From positions 576,001 to 640,000 of the forward strand of contig OZ252098.1 of the NCBI GenBank assembly GCA_965248355.1: a DNA stretch of 64,000 bases. The letters run 5' to 3'. Both the position numbers and the translations under genes were made by a program. This document shows positions 8,834-18,575 of the stretch, piece by piece. Source of the DNA: Candidatus Latescibacterota bacterium (GTDB lineage Bacteria > Latescibacterota > UBA2968 > UBA8231). The stretch's first letter is position 1, and every line of letters begins with the position of its first letter. The notes beneath the pieces were generated by a model that was not told where the DNA came from, searched no databases, and worked only from the letters and a program-made list of their open reading frames with translations.

Positions 8834-10528
8834 GTGCACCGCCCCCCCGCCTCCCTCCCCCTGGCCCTCCTCCTGGCCATCACCGCCCCGCCCGCCGATG
8901 GCCAGGTGACCTTCGTCGACGCGACCGACCAGGCCGGCATCGGCTTCCACTACACCCACGGCGGCACCGGCCGCAAGCACTTCATCGAGACCATGGGTCC
9001 GGGCTGCGCCTTCCTCGACTACGACGGCGACGGCCGCCTCGACATCTACGCCGTCAACGGGCACGCCCTCGACGGCTCCGAGCCGGCCGAGACCAACGAG
9101 CTCTACCGCAACCTGGGGGACGGCACCTTCCGCGAGGTCGGCCGCGAGACCGGCGCCGCCGACCGGGGCTACGGCGTGGGGGTGACCGCCGCCGACTACG
9201 ACAACGACGGCGACGCCGACCTCTACCTCACCAACTACGGGCCCAACGTCCTCCTGCGCGGCAAGGGCGACGGGACCTTCCGCGACCACACCGCCCGGGC
9301 CGGGGTGGGGGACGCGTCGTGGGGCACGGGCTGCGCCTTCCTCGACTACGACAACGACGGTCTCCTCGACCTCTACGTGGCCAACTACGTGGGGTACTCC
9401 CTCGACGCCGAAGGCCAGGACCTCACGCCGTACTTCCTCGCCGCTCCGGGCCAGGACCCGTCGGCCGACCTGCGGGCCTATCCCAGCCCGGAGAATTTCC
9501 CCGGCTCTCCCGACGTCCTCTACCGCAACGCCGGCGACGGCACCTTCGCCGACGTCACCGCCGCGGCCGGGGTCCTCGATCCCTCGGGCAAGGGGATGGG
9601 CCTGGCCACCTCCGACTACGACCGCGACGGCGACATGGACGTCTTCGTGGCCAACGACCAGACCGCCAACTTCCTCTACCGCAATGACGGCGACGGCACC
9701 TTCACCGACGTGGCCCTGCTGGCGGGGGTGGGCTACAGCGGGGACGGCCGGCCGGAAGCCAGCATGGGCGCCGACTTCGGCGACTACGACAACGACGGCT
9801 TCCTCGACCTCGTGGTCCCCAACTTCCACCGCGAGCCCACCAGCCTCTACCGCAACGAGGGGGACGGCCTGTTCTCCTGGGAGTCGATGCGGTCGGGCCT
9901 CGGACGCCCGTCGCTGGCCTACGTCGGCTGGGGGACCGCCTTCCTCGACTACGACAACGACGGGTTCCTGGATGTCTTCGTCGCCAACGGCCATACCCTG
10001 GACAATGTGCGGCTCTTCGATGCCGCCGCGTCGTACCCGCAGCCCGACCAGCTCTTCCGCAACACCGGGGCTGGCCGCTTCGAGGATGTCTCGCTCTCCT
10101 CGGGGGAAGCCCTCGCCGCGGCCAAGGTCAGCCGGGGAGCGGCCTTCGGTGATTATGACGACGACGGCGATACGGATATCTTCGTGGTCCATTCCACGGG
10201 CCGCGCCGATCTGCTGAGGAACGAGGGAGGCAACGCGGGCCACTGGCTCCAGGTCCGGACGGTGGGCGTGCGCGCCAACCGCGACGGCGTGGGGGCCCGG
10301 ATCGAGGTCCTCGCCGGCGGTCTGCGCCAGGTTCGGGAAATTCGCACCGGCTCCGGCCTCTACAGCCAGAACGACCCGCGGGCCTGCTTCGGCTTGGGGG
10401 CGCGCGAGTCGGTGGACCTGCTCGAGGTGCGGTGGCCGGGCGGCGGGGTGGACCGCGTGCAGGGCCTGGCCGCCAACCAGAGGGTTGTGATGGGGGAGGG
10501 AGTCGGGCTGGTGGAGGGACCGGAGTAA
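8834..10528 (+). CDS. Secreted CRTAC1/ASPIC-UnbV family FG-GAP repeat protein
   Basis: Multiple DYDNDGxxD repeats, C-terminal GxGARI...FGLG...LEVRWP (UnbV) and a signal peptide after GTG 8834; the start is estimated. Confidence 0.85.
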   Translation: MHRPPASLPLALLLAITAPPADGQVTFVDATDQAGIGFHYTHGGTGRKHFIETMGPGCAFLDYDGDGRLDIYAVNGHALDGSEPAETNELYRNLGDGTFREVGRETGAADRGYGVGVTAADYDNDGDADLYLTNYGPNVLLRGKGDGTFRDHTARAGVGDASWGTGCAFLDYDNDGLLDLYVANYVGYSLDAEGQDLTPYFLAAPGQDPSADLRAYPSPENFPGSPDVLYRNAGDGTFADVTAAAGVLDPSGKGMGLATSDYDRDGDMDVFVANDQTANFLYRNDGDGTFTDVALLAGVGYSGDGRPEASMGADFGDYDNDGFLDLVVPNFHREPTSLYRNEGDGLFSWESMRSGLGRPSLAYVGWGTAFLDYDNDGFLDVFVANGHTLDNVRLFDAAASYPQPDQLFRNTGAGRFEDVSLSSGEALAAAKVSRGAAFGDYDDDGDTDIFVVHSTGRADLLRNEGGNAGHWLQVRTVGVRANRDGVGARIEVLAGGLRQVREIRTGSGLYSQNDPRACFGLGARESVDLLEVRWPGGGVDRVQGLAANQRVVMGEGVGLVEGPE

Positions 10529-10565
10529 AGGCATCGGTCACCATGCAACAAGGAGTCCATCGAGC

Positions 10566-11843
10566 ATGAGCAGGGGTGGTGTGCTGGTCTGGCTGGTCCT
10601 TCTGTCGGCGGGGCCGAGCCTCGGCGAGGTGACGCTCTCCCTGGGCGAGCGCGACGGCCAGCCGATCTACGTCTTCGAGAACGAGTACCTGCGCAGCGAG
10701 ATCGCCCATACGCGCGGCCGCTCTCCCCTCAGCTACTTCGACAAGATCTCGGGGGTGGAGCAACTGCGGCAGCTCGAGCCCCTGGACCGCAACCACGGCC
10801 GGCACTACTCCCACGGCGGCGTCGCCGAGTGCGTCCCCTGGACCGGGGGATCGCCCTACATGGGCTACCTGTGGACCCAGCCCTGGGAGATGACGGCGCG
10901 CACCCACGACCGCCGCGCGGAACTCGTGGGGGAGGTGACCTTCCCCTATGCCGACCCGGTCACCGGCCGGCTCTGCGAGCTGAGGTTCGAGAAGCGCATG
11001 ACCGCGTACGAGGGCTCCACGCGCCTGAAGATGGACTACCGCATCGAGAACGTGGGACAGCGCCGGGCCCGCTTCCAGCACTGCGTCCACGGCAGCCCCT
11101 GCGTCGGGGGGGAATGCGACGAGGGCGACTACTTCTACGCCCCCGGGACCCGCTGCTGGGTCGCCTGGAGCGGCCTCCTGCCCCAGTACGAGATCCCGGA
11201 CGAGTCCTGGCACGACTGGCCCATCCCCGAGGCCATCGACTTCCGCCCGGGAGGGGAGGGCGGCCTGCAGCTCTTCGTGCCGGCCTCGTGGGGCGTCGTG
11301 GGCGACGACAAGACCCGGGAGGTGATGGCCATGGTCAGCTCCCCCGTGCTCGCCGGCGGCGAGGAGATCCCCGTGTACATGGGCTACACCCGGGGCGAGG
11401 AGACCTACTACCTCGAGCCCTCCATCACGAAGCACATCTCCAACCAGGCCGAGCGCTGGGAGCGGGAGGGATACTCCGTCGACCTCGAGCGGGGCGAGGC
11501 CTGCGTCTACACCGTGGACATGGCCATGTTCCACGGAATCACCAAAAAGCAGATCCGTTCCGTGCACGCCCTCACCGGGGACTACGTGCTGCTGGAGGAG
11601 CCCCGCCTGGGGTCGAGGGAGGGCGCCGCGGCCGTGGAGATCGCCCTCGGCGTCTCCGGCGATGCGCGGGTCGTCCTCCGGCCGGCGGCGGGCGGGCCGG
11701 CCCTGCTCGAGCGGGACCTCCGCCCGGGCGAGGTGGCCCGCATCTCGGAGAAGGTCCCCCTGCCCGAAGGCGCGGGAGAGCTGGTCCTGCTGCTGCAGAA
11801 CGCGGCCGGGGAGCAGGTCCTGGCCCGGGGAGGTGGGGAGTGA
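10566..11843 (+). CDS. Secreted hypothetical protein, galactose-mutarotase-like N-terminal region
   Basis: Signal peptide; FENEYLR, FEKRMT...LKMDYRIEN beta-sandwich pattern; AGGAG RBS. Confidence 0.5.
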   Translation: MSRGGVLVWLVLLSAGPSLGEVTLSLGERDGQPIYVFENEYLRSEIAHTRGRSPLSYFDKISGVEQLRQLEPLDRNHGRHYSHGGVAECVPWTGGSPYMGYLWTQPWEMTARTHDRRAELVGEVTFPYADPVTGRLCELRFEKRMTAYEGSTRLKMDYRIENVGQRRARFQHCVHGSPCVGGECDEGDYFYAPGTRCWVAWSGLLPQYEIPDESWHDWPIPEAIDFRPGGEGGLQLFVPASWGVVGDDKTREVMAMVSSPVLAGGEEIPVYMGYTRGEETYYLEPSITKHISNQAERWEREGYSVDLERGEACVYTVDMAMFHGITKKQIRSVHALTGDYVLLEEPRLGSREGAAAVEIALGVSGDARVVLRPAAGGPALLERDLRPGEVARISEKVPLPEGAGELVLLLQNAAGEQVLARGGGE

Positions 11844-12853
11844 CCGCTCCGAAGCTGAGATCGCGGAACTACCCTCCCGAGCACGGGATCGTCGTGCCCG
11901 TGGAGCACCAGGGGCGCGTGATCCGGGACCTCCTCGCCACCACGGCCATGCGCCCCTCGGACGCGGACTACCTGGCCGAGCGCCTCCTGACCAACGACGC
12001 CCGCTGCCTCTTCAGCCACGGCAGCCGGCAGCTTCGCCACTACCTGGAGAGCCTGAAGGACGGCCGCGTCAACCCCGAGCCGGAGGTCCGGGTGATCTCC
12101 AGCGACGGCGCCACCACCGTGGTCGACGGCGACGGCGGCCTGGGATACATGGCCTGCCGTGTGGGCATGGAGCAGGTCCTGGAGCGCGCCCGGTCCCTGG
12201 GCGTGGGCGCCTGCTCCACGGGCCATCACTTCCACATCGGCTCGGCCGGGATCTGGTCGCGCATGGCCGTGGAGCGGGGCTACATCGGCATGGCCATGTC
12301 CGCGCACCGGAACCCCCTCGACCCAGGGAAGACGGTCGTGGGAGTGATGAACTCCTCCCCCCTGAGCATCGGCTTCCCCTCGGGGGGCCAGCCGCCCTTC
12401 ATCCTCGACATGGGGAGCGCCATCCTCCCGGGCCGGCAGGACCTGATGGAGGAGATCCCCCACAGCTTCTTCAAGGCCATGGGGGTCTCCACGGCGGTCC
12501 AGGTCTTCTCCGGCATCCTCGCCGGCATCTACCGGACGAGCGTGGCTCCCCCCGAGTCGAGGTGGACGGCCAACCAGGGCGCCTTCCTCTGCGCCTGGGA
12601 CGTGGGGCGCTTCATGGACCTCGGCGAGTTCACGGCGGAGATGGACCGCTTCATCGGCGAGGCGCGCGCCATGCGGCCCCTGCCCGGCCTCGAGCGGGCC
12701 GAGTTGCCGGGGGGCATGGAGTGGCAGTGGGAGAGGGAGAACCGGGAGCGGGGCATCCCCCTCGGGGACCCGCACCGCCGGGAACTGGAGGAGCTGGCCC
12801 GGGAGGCCGGCGTCGACTGCGGTTACGACAAATACGAGGAGACGAGGTTCTGA
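11840..12853 (+). CDS. Ldh_2 family (malate/L-lactate/sulfolactate-type) dehydrogenase
   Basis: SHG, VVDGDGGLG, PLSIGFP, ILDM, LPGxxE motifs; GTG overlaps the upstream stop. Confidence 0.8.
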   Translation: MTAPKLRSRNYPPEHGIVVPVEHQGRVIRDLLATTAMRPSDADYLAERLLTNDARCLFSHGSRQLRHYLESLKDGRVNPEPEVRVISSDGATTVVDGDGGLGYMACRVGMEQVLERARSLGVGACSTGHHFHIGSAGIWSRMAVERGYIGMAMSAHRNPLDPGKTVVGVMNSSPLSIGFPSGGQPPFILDMGSAILPGRQDLMEEIPHSFFKAMGVSTAVQVFSGILAGIYRTSVAPPESRWTANQGAFLCAWDVGRFMDLGEFTAEMDRFIGEARAMRPLPGLERAELPGGMEWQWERENRERGIPLGDPHRRELEELAREAGVDCGYDKYEETRF

Positions 12854-14139
12854 TGGCGGACACGTGGCGCACCGGGCTCTACCTGACCCCCGATGTCATC
12901 GAGAAGCACCCCGACTACCTGAGGCGGCTGCGCGACGAGATCGGCCTCGACACGGTGGTCATCCCCTTCACCGGGGAGCTGCCGCCGGAGGTGGAGGCCC
13001 TGAGCCCCTACGCCAGCCGCACCCCTGACGACGCCGAGCTCGACCGCCTGGTGCTGCGCCACTTCGACGGCCGTCCCGTGGACCCGCGGGAGTACCCCCA
13101 GGCCCGCGGCTACGGTCCCGCCGTCTCCGCCCCCGGCGACGACGGGGCCTTCCGCGCGACGGTGGGGCGGCTCAAGGAGATCGGCCTCGAGGTCTGGACC
13201 TACGGCGGCGCCTGGACGATCCGGCGCCTCATGTACTGCCCTTCCCAGGAGGGGACGCGGCGCTGGTTCGAGGCCGTGTACGTGCACTGGGCGACGCAGT
13301 ACGGCCTCGACGCCCTCGACAACACCCACTCGCGCTACCCCATGGGCAGCTTCCCCCTCGGCCTCTTCGGCTGCACCTGCGCCTCCTGCGCCGCCGCCGC
13401 GGGCGAGCTGGGCTACGACATGGACCGCATGGTGGCCGATCTCAAGGGCGCCCGCCAGGGGCTCAACCAGCTCGACGGCGCCCGTCTCGGCGAGGTGACC
13501 CGCCTCGGCTTCGGGTTCTTCGACGTGGTCCACGCCCTGGGCATGAAGTCGGGCGTCCTGGATTGGGTCCGCTTCCGCTGCGACCTGCTCACCCGCAACC
13601 TCGCCCACTTCCGGTCGGTGGTGCAGGCGGCGGCGCCGGAGGTGGCCTTCGGCACCGACACCTATCCCAGCTCCATGGCCCTCACCGCCGGCCACGACCA
13701 CCGCCGCTGGGGGGAGATGGCCGACTTCGCCAGCCCTCTCGTGTCGCACATCTCCGCCTTCGTCTGCAACACCTTCATCGAGTGGGCGCGCTTCCTCCAG
13801 GAGGAGGTGCCCGGCCTGACGGAGGAGGACGCCCTGCAGGTCGTCTACCGCTTCAACGGCTACGACGGCATGGGCCTGCCCGAGACGATCGCGGCCTTCC
13901 GCGCCGAGGAGGCGGGGACCCTGGCCTACCGCATTCCCACGGCCGACCTCGTGCTGCGGGACCTGACCAAGGCGAAGCTCTACCTGCCGCCCGAGATGCC
14001 CTCCTATCCGATCATCCACGGCGAGGGCTGGCCGCGCCAGGCGATCGACCGCATCGTCGGCGAGGCCCGCCGCCTGGGGCACGACGGCATCATGTGGCAG
14101 GGCACGAAGGAGTTGATGGAGTACGACTTCAACGGTTGA
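12853..14139 (+). CDS. Hypothetical protein, putative glycoside-hydrolase-like TIM barrel
   Basis: Translationally coupled (TGATG); MYCPS, CTCASC and DWVRFR resemble GHL-type barrels. Confidence 0.5.
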   Translation: MADTWRTGLYLTPDVIEKHPDYLRRLRDEIGLDTVVIPFTGELPPEVEALSPYASRTPDDAELDRLVLRHFDGRPVDPREYPQARGYGPAVSAPGDDGAFRATVGRLKEIGLEVWTYGGAWTIRRLMYCPSQEGTRRWFEAVYVHWATQYGLDALDNTHSRYPMGSFPLGLFGCTCASCAAAAGELGYDMDRMVADLKGARQGLNQLDGARLGEVTRLGFGFFDVVHALGMKSGVLDWVRFRCDLLTRNLAHFRSVVQAAAPEVAFGTDTYPSSMALTAGHDHRRWGEMADFASPLVSHISAFVCNTFIEWARFLQEEVPGLTEEDALQVVYRFNGYDGMGLPETIAAFRAEEAGTLAYRIPTADLVLRDLTKAKLYLPPEMPSYPIIHGEGWPRQAIDRIVGEARRLGHDGIMWQGTKELMEYDFNG

Positions 14140-14153
14140 GAGGAGAGGACGCC

Positions 14154-15364
<1,211 letters not shown>

Positions 15365-15373
15365 TGATTGCCC

Positions 15374-15511
15374 ATGCGAGTCAAGTTGGACGAGAATCTG
15401 CCGATTCAGCTGAAGCGTCTGTTCACGAATTCCGGCCATGACGCGGTCACGGTCCTCGAGGCCCCGGCGGCAACCCTTACCGGGGAGACGCGAGATGATG
15501 CCGGAGCTTGA
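15374..15511 (+). pseudogene. Truncated DUF5615 PIN-like toxin
   Basis: Manual translation gives MRVKLDENLP...GHDAVTV, then unrelated sequence and a stop after 45 aa. Confidence 0.7.
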
Positions 15512-15824
15512 GGAGAGGGGCGACGAGTTGAGACGTCTCTGTCTCCAATACGGCGTCCAGCGGCTCGCCCTGTTCGGTTCTTCGGCAGGCGGTCGGTTCG
15601 ATGAGGACAAGAGCGACCTTGACTTTGTAGTCGAGTTCCAGCCGGCGGCCCTCGACGCCTATGCGGACGCCTACTTCGGCCTGCTGGAGGCTCTCGGGCG
15701 GCTTTTTGGACGCCCGGTGGACCTGGTGGTGGAGTCGGCCATCAAGAACCCCTACTTCCTCCAGTCCGTGCAGCAGACGAGGACTCCCGTCTATGACCTC
15801 AGGGCGCCGCGCCGCCTGCCTTGA
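15495..15824 (+). CDS. Minimal nucleotidyltransferase (MNT antitoxin), HEPN partner absent
   Basis: LALFGS...SDLDFVVEF...LFGRPVDLV...IKNPYF. Confidence 0.85.
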   Translation: MMPELEERGDELRRLCLQYGVQRLALFGSSAGGRFDEDKSDLDFVVEFQPAALDAYADAYFGLLEALGRLFGRPVDLVVESAIKNPYFLQSVQQTRTPVYDLRAPRRLP

Positions 15825-16389
15825 CCCGGCCCCAGCTCGACAGCTCCACCGCCGTGGCCCCGCCGTCGCGCACCCGCACCTCCACCTCATGGAAGACGAT
15901 CGTGCCCAGGGCCAGCAGTTCGATGTTGTCGGCCCGGGTGCCGGGGGGGAAGGAGACCTCCGTCCACCCGCCCGTCACCCTCGAGTGGTTCGCCACCGAA
16001 GCGGTCCTCGTGCCTTCGGGCTCGCGGAGGGTGCCGTTCTCGTCGAGACGGCCTCCCAGGTAGGCGCGGACCTCGTAGTCGTTGCCGATGGCGCCGATGT
16101 AGGCGCGCACCGACTCCAGGACGAGAGGCTCCTCCCACTCGAAGACCAGGACGCCCCCGCCATGCCAGAGGAAGGCCCGGGCTTCCGGATCGTCGGCGGG
16201 GGTCTCGCCGTCCACGAGCGAGGCGAGATCGCCGTCGTAGGTGTTCCAGGTCGTGGCCCGGGTCACGGCATCGGGGGCGACGTTGAGGCTGTCCCCGGTC
16301 AGCGCGGGAGAGGCGGCCACCAGCCAGACCAACGCGGCGGCCAGCGCCAGCGCGCTGGTTTTGCTTTCCAGGAGTGAAGAGGATGTCAC
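15799..16389 (-). CDS. Secreted discoidin/galactose-binding-like protein with C-terminal TAVExxSWGxVK motif
   Basis: Signal peptide (ALALAAALVWLVAASPA), LVDG.../WTEVSF/HEVEV beta-sandwich pattern and tail ATAVELSSWGRVKA; the start codon is uncertain. Confidence 0.6.
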   Translation of the reverse strand: MTSSSLLESKTSALALAAALVWLVAASPALTGDSLNVAPDAVTRATTWNTYDGDLASLVDGETPADDPEARAFLWHGGGVLVFEWEEPLVLESVRAYIGAIGNDYEVRAYLGGRLDENGTLREPEGTRTASVANHSRVTGGWTEVSFPPGTRADNIELLALGTIVFHEVEVRVRDGGATAVELSSWGRVKAGGAAP

Positions 16390-18575
16390 GACGAAAGAAG
16401 AGGACGCTCGCCGCGGTCGCCCTGCTGATCGCCGCCCTGGCGGGCTGGGACATCCATGCCCATCGCGCCACCATCTGGTTCGTCGGACCGGCCGCGGCCG
16501 CCCTGGGCGAGGACCAGCCGGTCCGGGTAGAGGGCCTGCCCATCATCCGGCCCAACACCCTCACCCTGGGCGAGGGCCATCCCACCGTGGCCATCGCCGC
16601 CTCCATCGACACCGAGCTGCCCGAGCCCGCGCCGCTCGACGCGGCCCTGAGCTACGAGCAGGTCGACGCCGTGGTCCGCCGCGCCCTGGACCTGGACCGG
16701 TCGGGCCGCTCCCTGCGCGACGTCATCGGGGCCGGCGACGAGGTGCTGATCAAGGTGAACAACATCACCAACCGGGGCAATCCCAACTCCTCGTACCACG
16801 CCCGGGGCTTCGAGCATCCGGGCCAGATCACCGATCTGCGCGTGGTGAAGAGCGTCATCGCCTACCTCGTGCGGCACGTGGGGCCCGAGAGGATCACCGT
16901 CGTCGAGGGCGGCTCCCAGTCGCCCCGCAAGGGGGCCCCCGGGTTCCCCACCAACGCCACGGAGGACAGCTGGTCGGTCACCTACCCGGAGTTCGACGAT
17001 CTCTCCTATGTGAAGATCCTGGAGGAGTTCGCCGCCATGGAGGTGGCCACCGTCGTCGATACGGCCGATCTCAACTACGCCCCCTTCAGCCGCAAGTACG
17101 TGCCCGGCGGCGCCTTCCAGCGGCTGGGCGTGACCCGCCTGACCTACCCCAACGCCCAGCAGGGCTTTCACGTGGCCGGCACCGGCAGGTTCCGCGACGC
17201 CCCCCTGACGGTGCCCACGATCCTGCTCGAAGCGGACAAGGTCATCTCCCTGCCGGCCATGAAGACCCACGTATACGGCCCGACCCTGGGCATCAAGAAC
17301 TTCGTGGGCGCCCTCTCGCCCCGGGGCCGCGGCACCAGCAGCCTCTCCAAGGGCGAGCTCTTCCAGTTCAACCCGGAGCACGGCCAGGTCGACATCTACA
17401 CCTTCCACCCGGCGGACTACACGATCATCGAGGGGTTCTGGGGCACCGAGGGCGACGGGCCGCAGGACGGCCTCAACATCCAGCACAACATCGTCGTCGC
17501 CGGCAGCGACCCGCTGGCCACCGAGGCGTTGGCCAGCGTGACCATGGGATACAACCCCCTCGATCTGGAGCTGCTCTACCTGGCCGCGATCAAGGGCTTC
17601 GGCACCTTCGACCTCGACAGGGTTCAGGTGGCGGGCAGGCCCGCGGAGAGCGTGCAGCGCAACTTCGCCAAGTCGCGGATCCACACCCTCGGCGCCCGCC
17701 ATCCCCCCTTTTACGGCCGCGGTATCCGCCGCTGGCTGGTGGCCGGGCCTTTCCCGGGGGCCGACCTCGACGCCGTGCACCTGCCCGACGAGGCCGGACT
17801 GCGGCCCGTGGAGGGGCAGGCGGCCCTCGACCGCACCTGGACCCGCGTGGAGCATCTGGGCTACTCGGCCGAGGTCCTCGACCTGGGCCAGGTCAACGGC
17901 GAGGACGAGGACGCCGCCCACTACGCCTTCACCCTCGTGCACGCGGAGCGGGCCATGGAGGGGTTCCTCGCCCTGGGCTACGGGGACCTGGTGCCCCTCG
18001 GACAGGGCGGCGGCGACGTGGCGCGGGTCTGGCTGAACGGGGAGGTGGTCCACGACGGCACCGAACGGCGCGGCTTCCGGCTCGCGGACAAGACCTTCCC
18101 GCCGGTCCCCGTTCACCTGCGGCCCGGCGAGAACCGGCTGCTCTTCAAGGTCGGCAACTTCGAGCGCGACGCGTGGCTGGCGGCCCACCTGGTGGACGAG
18201 GACGGCGACCGGCTCTTCGGCATCGAATACTCTCTGACCGGCGGGGTCCCCACGGCCGTGGAAGAGGAGTCGACGATGTCGGAAGCCCTTTCGGCCCAAC
18301 CGGTTCTGCTGCCCAACCACCCCAATCCCTTTAACCCGGTCACCCGCATCCGGTTCGTGATGCCTCACGCCGCCAGCGTTCGCCTGGAGATCTACGATCT
18401 GGCCGGACAGCGGCTGCGCAGGCTGATGGAAGGGACGGTGGGGCCGGGGCGCTACGAGGTCACCTGGGACGGGCGGGACGGGTCCGGCTTCAACGCCGCC
18501 AGCGGCGTCTACCACGCCGTGCTGCGGGACGACGGGGGCCGGCGCTGGTCCAGGGCGATGACCCTGATCCGATGA
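16383..18575 (+). CDS. Secreted DUF362-domain protein with beta-sandwich and FlgD-Ig/T9SS-like CTD (paralog 1)
   Basis: GDEVLIKVN, TDLRVV, ADKVISLPAMKTH, TLGIKN, AGSDPLATE (DUF362); RVWLNG/GENRLLFK; PNPFN...WDGRD...SGVY. Confidence 0.75.
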   Translation: MSRRKKRTLAAVALLIAALAGWDIHAHRATIWFVGPAAAALGEDQPVRVEGLPIIRPNTLTLGEGHPTVAIAASIDTELPEPAPLDAALSYEQVDAVVRRALDLDRSGRSLRDVIGAGDEVLIKVNNITNRGNPNSSYHARGFEHPGQITDLRVVKSVIAYLVRHVGPERITVVEGGSQSPRKGAPGFPTNATEDSWSVTYPEFDDLSYVKILEEFAAMEVATVVDTADLNYAPFSRKYVPGGAFQRLGVTRLTYPNAQQGFHVAGTGRFRDAPLTVPTILLEADKVISLPAMKTHVYGPTLGIKNFVGALSPRGRGTSSLSKGELFQFNPEHGQVDIYTFHPADYTIIEGFWGTEGDGPQDGLNIQHNIVVAGSDPLATEALASVTMGYNPLDLELLYLAAIKGFGTFDLDRVQVAGRPAESVQRNFAKSRIHTLGARHPPFYGRGIRRWLVAGPFPGADLDAVHLPDEAGLRPVEGQAALDRTWTRVEHLGYSAEVLDLGQVNGEDEDAAHYAFTLVHAERAMEGFLALGYGDLVPLGQGGGDVARVWLNGEVVHDGTERRGFRLADKTFPPVPVHLRPGENRLLFKVGNFERDAWLAAHLVDEDGDRLFGIEYSLTGGVPTAVEEESTMSEALSAQPVLLPNHPNPFNPVTRIRFVMPHAASVRLEIYDLAGQRLRRLMEGTVGPGRYEVTWDGRDGSGFNAASGVYHAVLRDDGGRRWSRAMTLIR

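Noticed and set aside
9019-10170. Recurring GACTACGACAACGACGG sequence
   Set aside because: It encodes the FG-GAP DYDNDG repeats of the CRTAC1-like protein and is not an independent DNA element.
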